Positions 9,488 to 20,525 are shown, counted from the first letter of the stretch. The stretch: DNA of 63,546 nt from an uncultured Dehalococcoidia bacterium (GCA_950072105.1 CATMOE010000013.1:1-63546); one strand, 5' to 3'. A program made the numbers and translations. The notes: generated from the sequence alone by a model not told the origin.

Positions 9488-10348
9488 TTAGGACCGCAGG
9501 TACAATTCCTGCATCTGGATGAACTCATCGGTCCGGTTGACCTCCCGCAACAACTCTGGTGAAGCCTCGTTTGAGGCCAGGTCTGCCACGTCCCCGCCGT
9601 CCTGCAGGTGCTTGAAGCAGTCGTAAACGGCTTTCACCGCCATTCCGAAAGCGGGGTTGCCCGCCATCACGATTCTCACACCGTTGGCGGCCATGAATGC
9701 AGGGTCGTTCCTCATGTCGTCGGGAGGGCTCAACACAGTCAAGGGCAGCGGGGTTGCTTGATGTATCGCCTCAAGCTGCTCCCTGGTCTTGAGGCCGGTT
9801 AGCCTGACCGCCTCGACACCGGTTTGCGAATAGGCGCTGATCCGGTCCAAGGCCTCATCCAAGGGGCAATAGGTCAGGGCGGAGGTGCGGGCTACGATAA
9901 CGGTACCGGGATCGTTGCGGGCGGCCACCGCCGCTTCCAGCTTTCCCACCTGCTCGGCTTGGGAAGCCAACCCCGGGTCCCATGAATCGAACCGAGCGCG
10001 GGCGATATTGTCTTCGATCTCTATGGCCGAAACACCCACGGCTTCCAATTCCTTAACGGTGCGCATGGTGTTCACCGCGTTGCCGAATCCTTCCTCGCCA
10101 TCCAACATCAGGCTTACGTCCGCCATGCGCATGATTCGGCGGCAATGGTCGACCGAGTCTGAGGAGTTGTAAAGAACGATGTCCGGCACTCCCAAATTAG
10201 CTACCTTACCGACCGACCCGGACAGAAAGCAGACTTCATAATCCAACATATGGGCGATGCGGGCCGATAGAGGGTCGAAAATGTTGGCGGCTAGGGTGCA
10301 GTCGGGCCGGGATAGGACTTCGCGGAATCGATCTCGCATCTTTGACAT
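9488..10348 (-). CDS. Isocitrate lyase/PEP mutase superfamily protein (oxaloacetate decarboxylase-like)
   Basis: FDPLSAR, D.E.GFG, IEIED and IVART; lacks the KxCGH loop of the lyases. Confidence 0.85.
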   Translation of the reverse strand: MSKMRDRFREVLSRPDCTLAANIFDPLSARIAHMLDYEVCFLSGSVGKVANLGVPDIVLYNSSDSVDHCRRIMRMADVSLMLDGEEGFGNAVNTMRTVKELEAVGVSAIEIEDNIARARFDSWDPGLASQAEQVGKLEAAVAARNDPGTVIVARTSALTYCPLDEALDRISAYSQTGVEAVRLTGLKTREQLEAIHQATPLPLTVLSPPDDMRNDPAFMAANGVRIVMAGNPAFGMAVKAVYDCFKHLQDGGDVADLASNEASPELLREVNRTDEFIQMQELYLRS

Positions 10349-10493
10349 GACTTGAACTTCTCCCTATCTATTTGGGCGCATTTTAGCTTCGGCGCCGTGG
10401 CCGGTCAATCCGGTCTTTAATCGATCATTGCGCTCTTCCCCAACCTGGCTTACACTCCCTAAACTTGATTCAAGACGAAGGCAGGTGACGAAC

Positions 10494-10688
10494 ATGCCGA
10501 TCGAGAAGGAAACCCTGAAAGCGATGATCCGCGACTATCACGGGTTCGAGATATCGGACGAGGAGTTGGACCTGGTAGCCCCCGCGCTGAACGGCTACTT
10601 GGCGGAAGTGGAAAAACTGAGAGACCTGGACCTATCGGACATCATGTCCGGCCGATTGCTTCATGCTGACGAAGGCGGTGAAAACTGA
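10494..10688 (+). CDS. Small GatC/AtzG-like partner of the amidase
   Basis: 64 aa acidic helical protein; its stop overlaps the amidase ATG. Confidence 0.65.
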   Translation: MPIEKETLKAMIRDYHGFEISDEELDLVAPALNGYLAEVEKLRDLDLSDIMSGRLLHADEGGEN

Positions 10689-12121
10689 TGGCTGACTCTG
10701 ATCTGCTCACACTTACGATCTCGGAACTGGCGCCGAGGATCAAAGCCAAGGAAATCTCTCCGGTAGAGCTAACCGAGGCCGCGTTGGCCCAGGCCGATCG
10801 GCTTCAACCCAAACTGAACTCGTTCATCACCTTGCTCCACGATCAAGCGAGGTCCCAAGCGAAGGAGCAAGAGGCGGCGCTGATGCGGGGGGAGCACCGG
10901 GGGCCACTGCACGGCATTCCCATCGGGATCAAAGACAACATCGCCACCGCCCACATCAAGACCACCGTTGGCTCCAAGGTATTGGCCGACCATGTGCCGG
11001 ACGAGGACGCATTGGTAGTCACAAGGATGAAAGAAGCCGGAGCCATCATCTTGGGCAAGGAGAACCTGGAGGAGTTTGCCGCCGGACCCACCTCCAACAA
11101 CCTCCATTACGGGGCGGTGCACAACCCCTGGAACCTGGACCACATTCCTGGAGGATCCAGTGGGGGAGGGGGCGCCAACGTGGCGGCCGGCGTGACCTTC
11201 GCGTCTTTGGGCACCGACCTGGGCGGCTCGGTGCGAGGTCCGGCCAACTTTTGCGGCGTGGTTGGCATGAAGCAGACATACGGGCGGGTGAGCCAGCGGG
11301 GCCTGCAAGTCACCAGTTTCAACGGCGACCACATCGGCCCCATGACCCGGTCGGTCAGCGACAGTGCTCTGGTACTCCAAGCGATAGCCGGGTACGACCC
11401 TCTGGACCCCAGCACGGTGCCCGTCCCCGTCCCAGACTTCTCGGAATTCCTGGATCGGGGACTCACCGGACTCAAGATGGGCGTACCCAGCGACTACTAT
11501 TTCGACATGCTGGACCCGGAAGTAGAAGCGGCCGTCCGTCTGGCCATCGACGCCATGGCAGAGTTGGGTGTGGAAGTCCGCCCAGTGGCATTGCCCAGCA
11601 TGAAATATGCCGGGGCGATGCGCATAGCGGGCATGGCGGATAGCATCGTGACCCACGAGCCGTTGATCGAGAGGGGGCGGGATGACTACGGTCCCACCGT
11701 TCTGTACCGGACCCTGGCCGGCCAGTTCATTCTGGGAAGGGACTATTCCAAAGCCCTGAAAGTGCAGCGGATCATCAAAGAAGAGTATGCGAAAGTCCTT
11801 CAGGACGTAGACTTCCTGGTCACCCCATCGGCCCCTGTCGCGGCCTGGCCGATCAACTCGGAAACCGTCAACATCGCGGGCGCTGATTATCCCGTCAGGG
11901 GCCCCGGAGCGGGCATGACGTCAAGATGCACCAGCCCCAGCAACTCCACCGGGCTGCCCGCCATGTCCGTCCCTTGCGGATTCACCAAGGGCGGTCTGCC
12001 CATCGGTGTCCAGTTGATCGGGCGTCCCTTTGAAGAACCCTTACTCTACCAAGCTGCCCAAGCGTACGAGGCCGTTTCGCCAAGCCTTGGCCTGCGGCCT
12101 GCGATCGCCGGCAATTCGTGA
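10688..12121 (+). CDS. Amidase signature family protein
   Basis: GPLHGIPIGIKD, GGSSGG, GTDLGGSVR and GLPIGVQLIG. Confidence 0.93.
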   Translation: MADSDLLTLTISELAPRIKAKEISPVELTEAALAQADRLQPKLNSFITLLHDQARSQAKEQEAALMRGEHRGPLHGIPIGIKDNIATAHIKTTVGSKVLADHVPDEDALVVTRMKEAGAIILGKENLEEFAAGPTSNNLHYGAVHNPWNLDHIPGGSSGGGGANVAAGVTFASLGTDLGGSVRGPANFCGVVGMKQTYGRVSQRGLQVTSFNGDHIGPMTRSVSDSALVLQAIAGYDPLDPSTVPVPVPDFSEFLDRGLTGLKMGVPSDYYFDMLDPEVEAAVRLAIDAMAELGVEVRPVALPSMKYAGAMRIAGMADSIVTHEPLIERGRDDYGPTVLYRTLAGQFILGRDYSKALKVQRIIKEEYAKVLQDVDFLVTPSAPVAAWPINSETVNIAGADYPVRGPGAGMTSRCTSPSNSTGLPAMSVPCGFTKGGLPIGVQLIGRPFEEPLLYQAAQAYEAVSPSLGLRPAIAGNS

Positions 12122-12189
12122 TTTAAGGGCTGGTAAGACGTACTTAAGACCGGCTGATGACAGCCGATGAGAGAGTTGTATCGAATTTT

Positions 12190-12432
12190 ATGGACTACGA
12201 CTACGGCTTCACGGCCACCACGATCAGTCTGGGGCCGGAGATTACCGCCGAATCTCCGGCCGAATCCATCAGCGGCGCCATCGTCCAGCCCTTGGCGGAG
12301 TTTGGGGAGCGCCTGTCGGCGTCGCTGCCCACCTACGAGGGCGGCGATTGGGAGGTAGTGTCCCACAGCACCACCAGGATTGAAGACAACCTGGTGGTGA
12401 CGGTTCTGATAAGGCGTCCCAAGACGGAGTGA
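12190..12432 (+). CDS. Small hypothetical protein
   Basis: Protein-like composition with a WEVVSH motif; start could also be 12157. Confidence 0.55.
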   Translation: MDYDYGFTATTISLGPEITAESPAESISGAIVQPLAEFGERLSASLPTYEGGDWEVVSHSTTRIEDNLVVTVLIRRPKTE

Positions 12433-12561
12433 AGTTACGTTGAGTCCCCCGCTACGCGAGGACCCGTTATTCTGAGCGAAACGAAGAATCTAGTCCGGGG
12501 TGTGAGAACCTTTCGTCGCTCCACTCCTCAGAATGACATTTCGTGGGGTAATCTGAGCTTT

Positions 12562-15201
12562 TCAGTCTTCTACGCCGGCATCCACCGGTATGATATACAC
12601 TCCCTTGGCCCTGGGTAGCAGGGAGCTTTCGTAGTTGAAGTGGGTCTCCACGGCGACTCTGAACTTATGGTCCGGTAGTTGCTGCCAGGCGAAGGGGACC
12701 GGGTTCCAGCCGACCATTTGTAGGAGCCTCTTTTTACTGACCACCGTGGAATCAATGCCGGCATCGTTGATTCGCAGCAGATTGGCGGTCATGGCGAAGT
12801 CGTCGCGCACTTCTTTTCCGGTGGTGAACAGGACCTTGCTGGGAGAGGGTCCTTCCGTTTGTTCCTCCAGCACGACCCAGCTAAGAAGATGGTCCCAGTC
12901 CACGATTCTGGCAAAACTGTCGGGGTTCGTATGGAATTCCCTATCGGTCAGGTCCACCGCCCAAAGGCCGCCTCCCTCATCAATGAATCCGTACAGGGTG
13001 TTGAATAGGTTTTGGCTGTCGGAACTCAAGGCGGCCGAGACTCCATACAAACCCTCCTCAGGGGCCTCTGGGTACTGGGAAATAGGATATTCAACTTCTT
13101 CGTACTCGTCCGGGTTGTTGACGTCGACTATATAGACCGACTGCCATCTGGGATCGGCCCGCTTCCCTTCTTCAGGGCCAGGCCAACCTTCGGAGCTTAT
13201 CATCCAGCGGGTATCGTCCCAGGGCAGGGGCAGGGCCATAAGCATCACGCCCGGCGAGGTATAGATCTCGCGTCCCTCCCCGGCAGCGTCTAGCTTAAAA
13301 ATCTTGTGCCGTTGCTTCTTATCGGTCTCCAGAGAGCGGCGGACTATCGTGTAGAATTCGTCCGAATCCGCGCCACTCACTCGATAGCGGCGTAGCCCGC
13401 TGGAGGTATCGCACTCTTCTAGCCAGGAGACATCCAGCCCGGTCAATACGCCGGCCACCCAGGAACTTTCAAACCCAAAATATCTAAATTTTTCCCCTAC
13501 GCCCCCTCTCAAAAGCTGGAATACGCGTTCGCCAAAAAGCCGGGAGGCATAATTACCATCCGGACCCGGTTGATCCGAATCGAACTGGTACCCTACGGAT
13601 GATAATAACTGGACGTAAACCGGGTCTTGCAGGCTCTCCTGGTACACGCCACATTGCTTGCGCGCCAAGGGCGTGGCCGGATAACGTTGCTCGTCAAAGG
13701 GCAAGGCCAGGATCTCTTCTTCGTATTCCTTGGCCAGGCTGGAGTCTCCCGCGCTTAGGGCTCGCGGGTTCACGTGGAAGTGAGTAGGGGAGGACAGGTC
13801 AGGCTTGGGAGACTCCGCGGGCGGGGGCCTAAATTCTTCAAATATGGCCCCGATCTCCTGTTCCAGAGGCAGGTCCCCGGACAAGTCGACTTCCTTGACG
13901 GATTCTTCCGTGTTCCCCTGGGCGATACCGATAACCGCCTCCCGGTTGCCTCCGGTCTCGGACAAGAATTCCGTGTCCAACTGCCCGTAGACGTACTCGA
14001 CAGTCCCATCAGCATGGAGAACCGCTTGGAAGGTATTGGTTGGCGTATCCGAATCGCACCCATCGGCGGAGCCTCGCTCGATATGGGCGACTTGATTCCA
14101 GGTCACCACCGCCCGGTCCGAACGAACGTCGGCATGAACGCTGCCGGCGCACGCGGGGTCCAGGTCGGTCAGCAACACCGAAAGTCTCGGCGGGCCTCCG
14201 AGATGTCTTTCAGCGGTACGGCCGGCGCTGGTGCCGTCCCCAGCCCCTAACGTGATATGGCCGTCGGAGCCAACGAAGATCGAGTCGTAATCAACGCCTA
14301 GAAAAGGGAAGGGCGTCACCAAAGTAATCTCGGAAAAGCCGTCGTCGGGCGGGGCGCCGCCGCCGTCATCCAAGGACAGGGCCGGACCTAAGACAGGGTC
14401 GAGACTCTGTCCGGTGTCCGATTCCAACTGGAAAGCCCCCGCGCCGCTGGGAATGAATCGGAGCCGCGTTCCGGGTTGGATGTCCAAGAGGTTGGCCTCA
14501 ACGACGGGCTGAGCGCCATCCCATTCTTCCGGCAGATCAAAGGGGATGACCAGGAAGGTGCCGTCGGGGAACACCTCGGAAACGACACCGCCGGTCTCCT
14601 TATCCTGGAGGTACTGGAATTCCACGGAATGAAACAGGTCATTGGAAAAGCTATCCGGCTCCAGTTTTCCGGCCAAACCTTCGGCCAGGGGTACACCCAT
14701 GGCCCTAAGCCGGAATACCTTGTGCACCGGATGTTCGCCGATGAGGTCAGACTCCAATGCCAACAGATCCAAGTACCGGCTCTGGTCCCCTTGCATCAAG
14801 CGGAGTTTGACCTTCCCATTCAGCTCCAAGACCAGGTTCGGGTCTCCTTCAGGTTCGACCAATACCCCATCGGTGGAGGTAGCGAAAAAGTGGGGCTTCA
14901 CCAACTCAGACACGCTTCGGGAAACGTCGTAATTCTCTCTAGGCAGAATCAACTCTTGGGAGACACTACCAACAACGCTTGCATCGATTACATCATTACG
15001 GGGGACAACTATCGTCGGAACCGGATCGGCGGTTGCCGTTGGCGTTGGAGCCGATTCCGCCACCGGAGTGGGTGTAGCGGTGGGCGACGGTGTTGACTGG
15101 TTCTTGGCGCAGCCGGCCAACGCGATAATTCCCGCCAGCAAAAGCCCCACGAATAATCCACTTCTACGTGACCGGTTCAGATATCCAAGGTCATTAAACA
15201 T
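12562..15201 (-). CDS. Large lipoprotein with PT linker, nidogen(NIDO)-like domain and C-terminal beta-rich/propeller-like region
   Basis: Lipobox LAGC; PTATPTP linker; DDGFSEITL..PFPFLG..YDSIFVGSDGHITLG and NTFQAVL..DG NIDO-like motifs. Confidence 0.75.
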   Translation of the reverse strand: MFNDLGYLNRSRRSGLFVGLLLAGIIALAGCAKNQSTPSPTATPTPVAESAPTPTATADPVPTIVVPRNDVIDASVVGSVSQELILPRENYDVSRSVSELVKPHFFATSTDGVLVEPEGDPNLVLELNGKVKLRLMQGDQSRYLDLLALESDLIGEHPVHKVFRLRAMGVPLAEGLAGKLEPDSFSNDLFHSVEFQYLQDKETGGVVSEVFPDGTFLVIPFDLPEEWDGAQPVVEANLLDIQPGTRLRFIPSGAGAFQLESDTGQSLDPVLGPALSLDDGGGAPPDDGFSEITLVTPFPFLGVDYDSIFVGSDGHITLGAGDGTSAGRTAERHLGGPPRLSVLLTDLDPACAGSVHADVRSDRAVVTWNQVAHIERGSADGCDSDTPTNTFQAVLHADGTVEYVYGQLDTEFLSETGGNREAVIGIAQGNTEESVKEVDLSGDLPLEQEIGAIFEEFRPPPAESPKPDLSSPTHFHVNPRALSAGDSSLAKEYEEEILALPFDEQRYPATPLARKQCGVYQESLQDPVYVQLLSSVGYQFDSDQPGPDGNYASRLFGERVFQLLRGGVGEKFRYFGFESSWVAGVLTGLDVSWLEECDTSSGLRRYRVSGADSDEFYTIVRRSLETDKKQRHKIFKLDAAGEGREIYTSPGVMLMALPLPWDDTRWMISSEGWPGPEEGKRADPRWQSVYIVDVNNPDEYEEVEYPISQYPEAPEEGLYGVSAALSSDSQNLFNTLYGFIDEGGGLWAVDLTDREFHTNPDSFARIVDWDHLLSWVVLEEQTEGPSPSKVLFTTGKEVRDDFAMTANLLRINDAGIDSTVVSKKRLLQMVGWNPVPFAWQQLPDHKFRVAVETHFNYESSLLPRAKGVYIIPVDAGVED

Positions 15202-15234
15202 CAGAGACTCGAATCATAGGTGTTTGTAACTCGA

Positions 15235-15987
15235 CTATTCCCCCCAAGTCTGGCCGAACTCCCTACGGAGGACCATCTGACCGGTGAGGGACTGGGCGTC
15301 TCTTAGCGCTAGATACACGGCGGAAGGGCCGACGACCTCCGGTTCAACCCTTTGATCCCAATCGTGTTGCGCCCAAGGGATGACCGACGAGCCTTCACTC
15401 TTCATGGAGCCCGGATCCAGGATGTTAACCGCTATGTTGTATTCTCGCATATCCTGAGCTAGGCACTGGCTAAACATATGCAACGCCGCCTTGCTGGTAC
15501 AGTAAGCCGTACCGTTAATCCTGGGGTCTGAGGCCGCGAAGGAACCGATGTTGACGATGCTGCCGCGCCGTTGACTCATCATCACCGGCAACACATACCG
15601 GCAAGTCAGGTAAGCTCCGCGCAGATTAACGTTCATCAACTGGTCCCATCTGCCGGGCTCAATGTCCAGGAAGGATTCTCCCAGGATCATGATGCCGGCG
15701 TTATTAACCAGCACATCCACTTTCCCGTAACGGTCCACCACCTGTTGGACCATGCTCTTCACTTGTACCTCATCGGATACGTCGCAGGCTATCGCCAAGG
15801 ATTCACCGCCTTGGTCTTGGATCGCCTGAGCAGTTTCAGCAACGGTTCCCGGTAGTTGGGTGGGTGACGCGGGGCGGGCGCAGGCCACCACCGTGGCGCC
15901 TTCCCGGCCGTATTCCAGGGCGATAGCGCGCCCGAGACCTCTGCTGCTTCCGGTAACGATCGCGACCATTCCCCGCATCTTGTCCAT
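15235..15987 (-). CDS. SDR family NAD(P)-dependent oxidoreductase
   Basis: TGSSRGLG, NNAG and YCTSK. Confidence 0.95.
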   Translation of the reverse strand: MDKMRGMVAIVTGSSRGLGRAIALEYGREGATVVACARPASPTQLPGTVAETAQAIQDQGGESLAIACDVSDEVQVKSMVQQVVDRYGKVDVLVNNAGIMILGESFLDIEPGRWDQLMNVNLRGAYLTCRYVLPVMMSQRRGSIVNIGSFAASDPRINGTAYCTSKAALHMFSQCLAQDMREYNIAVNILDPGSMKSEGSSVIPWAQHDWDQRVEPEVVGPSAVYLALRDAQSLTGQMVLRREFGQTWGE

Positions 15988-16093
15988 ATCATTCCTCGCC
16001 CTATAAAACCCGCGTTTCGATTCCAGACCGAAATGAGATTATACCCCGGCCTCGATTTGTGCCTATTTCCACGGCTAGAGAGCGGCCATTCCC

Positions 16094-16122
16094 TTGACCG
16101 TCCAGGTAGGCGTTGCTACACT
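16094..16122 (+). promoter_or_regulatory. Putative sigma70 promoter for the LLM gene
   Basis: TTGACC-17 bp-TACACT with an extended TG. Confidence 0.55.
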
Positions 16123-16239
16123 CGTTGCCGTTGCCACGCTTCCGATGCTGCCCTAAAGCAAAATCATCAAAGGTATCTTGCGCCGCGCTGCTTCAAGAGT
16201 AACCTGGGAAGCGCGCCTTAACTTTCGGAGGAAACCAGT

Positions 16240-17289
16240 ATGCGATTCGGGCACTTTTTCTATCCCATGAACTTCGATCCATCCCGCGACTACCAGGCCA
16301 TCGAGGACTGCCTTCAAGAGGCCGAACTGGTCGAGGAATTGGGGTTTGACGCCATATGGATCGCGGAGCACCACTTCATCGGAGAAGCGATCTACGGAGA
16401 CCCGCTGGTGTTCGCGGCGGCGGTGGCGATGAAGACCCACCGGGTGCAGATCGGGATGGGTATCATAGAAATGGCGTTGCACAACCCAGTCCAACTAGCC
16501 ATTCAGACGTCCCTGGTAGACAACCTAAGCAAGGGCCGCCTGATCGTTGGCACCGGCCGCGGATCCAACTATAACGCCTTTGAGTACGTAGGATTCGGTA
16601 CGACGGTGGCCGAGGGACGAGCCAAGCTTGAGGAGGCCGAAGACCTTCTGGTCAAAGCCTGGACCACCGAAGGGTTGGACTTCCATGGCAAATACTGGAA
16701 TGTCACGTTCCCAGCGGTTCGCCCCCGCCCATACCAAAAGCCTCATCCCCCCTTGGCCCGCGCTTGTCTCAGCGAAGAGTCCATAATCAGCATGGGCAAG
16801 ATAGCTCGGCCTGTCCTTTTTCGAGGGCGTTCGGTTGAGGTGGTGGCCAGGTTGCTCAAGTTGTATCGCGACACGATGCTCGCATCGGGGTTCGACGAGG
16901 CAACGGCCGACAAAGCGATTGACCAATCGTGGTTCTGGTACGAATGCCATGTGGCCGCAACCAACGACCAAGCCTTGGATCAATTTTTCACCGCCTGGGA
17001 GCCGGCCAGCAAACACGTCGCCGAAATGCGGGAGAAGTGGAACCCAAAGGACCAGGAAGTTTCCGTCGGGACGATGGGCCTCCCGCGTTCCGCTTATGGT
17101 CCCCAGCCCAACACTGCCGTCGGCGAAAATCTGATCGGCTCACCAGAAAGGGTAGCTGAGCAGGTCCGCTTGTTGAGCGAAGTGGGCGTGAAAAACCTGA
17201 TGCTGACCAACCGGGGCCTGATGTCCAAAGAGAATACCGAGACATCCCTGCGTCTGCTCAGCGAAAAGGTGAGGCCGACGGCTGGTTAA
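16240..17289 (+). CDS. LLM-class (luciferase-like) flavin-dependent oxidoreductase
   Basis: GFDAIWIAEHHF, DNLSKGRL..G.GRG and PRPYQKPHPP. Confidence 0.93.
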   Translation: MRFGHFFYPMNFDPSRDYQAIEDCLQEAELVEELGFDAIWIAEHHFIGEAIYGDPLVFAAAVAMKTHRVQIGMGIIEMALHNPVQLAIQTSLVDNLSKGRLIVGTGRGSNYNAFEYVGFGTTVAEGRAKLEEAEDLLVKAWTTEGLDFHGKYWNVTFPAVRPRPYQKPHPPLARACLSEESIISMGKIARPVLFRGRSVEVVARLLKLYRDTMLASGFDEATADKAIDQSWFWYECHVAATNDQALDQFFTAWEPASKHVAEMREKWNPKDQEVSVGTMGLPRSAYGPQPNTAVGENLIGSPERVAEQVRLLSEVGVKNLMLTNRGLMSKENTETSLRLLSEKVRPTAG

Positions 17290-17455
17290 CGGCTGGAAAT
17301 AAGACGCGGCTGTTCGGTGTAGACGCCGAATCAGATGCGCGGCCGAAGGACGGCTTTCCTGCCGGAATTCGCACTGGAGTTAACATCCGCGGAATCGGCT
17401 TTCAAGCCTATAATTCTTATCAGCTAGAGCTCGACGCCCTTTGGAGCCAACCGAA

Positions 17456-17659
17456 ATGAAACCGAAGTTTACCTCGGTAACCGCGGCGATCATCGTCGTA
17501 TGGATCGCGGTAATGCTTATCGGGGTATTCGCGCCAAATCTGCAGATTATCAAAACTGGGGGGACTGAATTAACGGTTCCGGTAGGCGCGATCTGTGCTC
17601 CCTTTTTCGCCGCCATCGCCACTGTATTTGTGGCGTTTTGGGGTTACCGAGACCGGTGA
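17456..17659 (+). CDS. Small two-helix membrane protein
   Basis: Two hydrophobic stretches; GGAG upstream of the ATG. Confidence 0.55.
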   Translation: MKPKFTSVTAAIIVVWIAVMLIGVFAPNLQIIKTGGTELTVPVGAICAPFFAAIATVFVAFWGYRDR

Positions 17660-17986
17660 TTCGCCGTTAGCAGGACGTGATCATTCGCTATGCTGGTCCA
17701 TAGCCGATACTGATCCACAAGATCCTGTTTTCCCTATCAGGCCGCTGGCCGACCGGTGCGTCTTCAATTTGCTTTGGACTAGCTTTCCGCACCTTCCTCG
17801 ATCACCGGGACGTATGGGAAATGGTGTTCGTTGGCCTGGCAATCTTGTTTTTTCTATATGGGCTGTTAAGAACTATGAAGAAGTAAGCCCCGTCTCTACT
17901 CTGAAAACCCATCAGTCGCTTCGCCCCGTTAAATTGGGAGAACCATACCCCATTAGGGTGTGATATTTTAACGAAACAGATACCAG

Positions 17987-18015
17987 TTGACGCGCTCTGG
18001 CCACCGTCTTATAGT
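17987..18015 (+). promoter_or_regulatory. Putative sigma70 promoter
   Basis: TTGACG-17 bp-TATAGT upstream of the PD40 lipoprotein gene. Confidence 0.6.
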
Positions 18016-18189
18016 CCACGTTACTCCTAGGTACGTAATCGGTTTGATCAGAATATCCCCGATTAACTAAACTCATCGGTGGGCCTTGCCGGCCTAATCT
18101 CGTCCATTCCCCAGTTTCGCTCCGGGCAGTCCGTTCCTTCGGTCAGGCGAAATCTGATCGACCCGATCCCAGAAGACCACGAGGTATAG

Positions 18190-20357
18190 ATGGATTTACT
18201 CGACCGTTCCAGACAACTGGTTCCGATATTAATTCTCACCTTGGCTGCGTTGTTAACAGTCGCTTGTGGAGCCCAAGAGCGGCTCGATGATGCCCGTCAG
18301 CGGGTGGGAGAGGCCCTGGTGCAAGACAGCACGGCGACGCCTGATGAGACGGCGGGAGCAACCGCCATCACAGCGTCAGAGGCAACGGCGGTTCCTTCTC
18401 ACACACCTGCCCCTGTTTCGGCTACCACTGCCACGGAAATCCCGCCTGCCGCTGCGACTCGTGTTCCACCAGCCACGAGCACGCCGGTACCGGCTGCTAC
18501 TGCCGCACCGGTGCCCAAGTCGACTCCCGGGGTAGCAGCGCCACTAGCTCCTACCGCTACTCCTGTCCCTCCGCCGGCAGCCACGCCAGTTCCCACGGCC
18601 AAGCCTACTTCGGCGCCCGCACCACCGCCACACCCATGCCTACTCGCACGCCTAGCCCAACGCTCAGCCCAACGCCCGTACCTACCGCCGCTCCCACTCC
18701 TACTTCAACGCCCTCACCCATCGCCACTCCCACCCCTGAGCCGGTTGCCCCACCGACCCGTGCGACTGACAGGATCGTCTTCGCTTCAGACCGCGACGGG
18801 TCGAACCAAATCTATACCATGAACGCGGATGGCTCCAACCAGACCCGACTCACCTTCAACGAGGATGGTGATTACAGCCCAGCCTGGTCCTCCGACGGCG
18901 CCCTCATCGCCTTTTCCTCCCGCCGCGACGGCAACAACGAAATCTATACCATGAACGCCGACGGGTCCAACCAGACTCGCCTCACCTCCGACGGCGCTGG
19001 CGACATCAGTCCGATCTGGTCTCCCAACGGCGACCTGATCGCCTTTACTTCCGGTCGCCGCGGGTATAGCGATATCTACATCATGAACGCCGACGGTTCT
19101 AACCAAACTCTTCTCACCTTCCGAGAGACAAATTACGGCTTAGCCTGGTCGCCCGACAGCACACGCATCGCCTTTTACTCCTTCCGCGATCAAAGCTATG
19201 GCATCTTCACGATGAACACGGATGGCTCCAACCAGACCAGCCTCACCTCCAATGACTCTTCCGATAAGGACCCAGCTTGGTCTCCCAACGGTACCCGCAT
19301 CGTCTTTTCTAGGGGCCGCTTCGATGACTCGAAAATTTATATCATGAACGCCGACTGCTCCAATCAAATCCGCCTCACCCTCAACGGCGTTGAGGATTCA
19401 TCCCCGGCTTGGTCCCCTGACGGCACCCGCATCGTCTTCCAAACCATACGAGCCGGGAACTCCCAAATTTACACGATGAACGCTGACGGATCCGACCCGA
19501 CTCGCGTCACGTTCAACGCGGCTATTGATTCAGCCCCGTCTTGGTCATCCACCGTCGCCCGCATTGCCTTCCAGTCCTTCCGCGACGGGAACTGGGAGAT
19601 ATACACCATGGACGCCGGCCCCTCTTCCAAGCAGACCCGACTCACCTCCAACGACTTTTCTGATGAGAGTCCAACCTGGTCTCCCGACGGCGCCCGCATC
19701 GCCTTCCACTCCAATCGCGATGGAAACTGGGAAGTCTACACCATGAACGCCGACGGTTCCAGCCAGACCCGCCTCACCTTCAGCGAATCTGTTGACCAGT
19801 TCCCAACCTGGTCCCCCGACGGCGCTCTCATTAGCTTCAATTCCAACCGCGAAGTGAACTACGAAATCTATACCATGAATGCTGATGGCTCCAACCAAAC
19901 CCGAATCACCTTCAACAACTCTGTTGATTTCGCCCCAGCATCCTGGTCTCCCGACGGCTTCCGCATCGCCTTTTACGCCCTCCGCAACGGACAATGGAAC
20001 ATATATTCCATGGACGCCGACGGGTCCAACGAGACCCGCCTTAGACCCGGGGATTCTGATTACGTCCCATCCTATTCCCCAGCCTGGTCCCCCGGGGCCA
20101 GCCGCATACTTTTCCAGACCTACAGCGGAGGCTGGGAAATTTACGCCATGGACACCGACGGCTCCAATCTAAATCGACTCACCTTCAACGAATATTTTGA
20201 TGAGAGTCCGGCCTGGTCTGCTGATGGTGCCCGCATCGCCTTCCATACCGACCGCGACGGGAACTTCGAAATCTACGCGATGAACGCCAACGGATCCGGC
20301 CAGACCCGCCTAACATTCAACGAAACCGCCGATAAAAACCCGGCCTGGTCTCCATAA
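18190..20357 (+). pseudogene. TolB-like PD40/WD40-repeat lipoprotein with Pro/Thr linker, split by a frameshift near 18620
   Basis: ORF 18190 has a signal peptide, lipobox (TVAC) and PT-rich linker. The linker continues in the -1 frame (ORF 18636) into about 12 repeats of WSPDG.RIAF...[15 protein letters not shown]. Confidence 0.8.
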
Positions 20358-20400
20358 CCGCCGCCGCGCTCCCATTTTGGCCTGCCATATTATTGGCAAT

Positions 20401-20434
20401 AAAAAAGCCCCTGGGGTTGTCCCAGGGGCTTTTT
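20401..20434. terminator. Bidirectional intrinsic terminator
   Basis: AAAAAAGCCCCTGGG-GTTGT-CCCAGGGGCTTTTT between the convergent PD40 gene and the tRNA. Confidence 0.85.
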
Positions 20435-20447
20435 CCGTGCCTAATTT

Positions 20448-20525
20448 TGGCGACCCGGATCGGACTCGAACCGACGATCTCAGCCTTGACAGGGCCGTAT
20501 GTTAAACCAACTACACCACCGGGCC
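20448..20525 (-). tRNA. tRNA-Asp(GTC)
   Basis: Reverse complement GGCCCGGTGGTGTAGTTGGTTTAACATACGGCCCTGTCAAGGCTGAGATCGTCGGTTCGAGTCCGATCCGGGTCGCCA forms a cloverleaf with GTC anticodon, TTCGA T-loop and CCA end. Confidence 0.96.

Noticed and set aside
20448..20525. tRNA-Asp as the attachment site of an integrated island
   Set aside because: No integrase and no duplicated tRNA 3' end were seen in the window.
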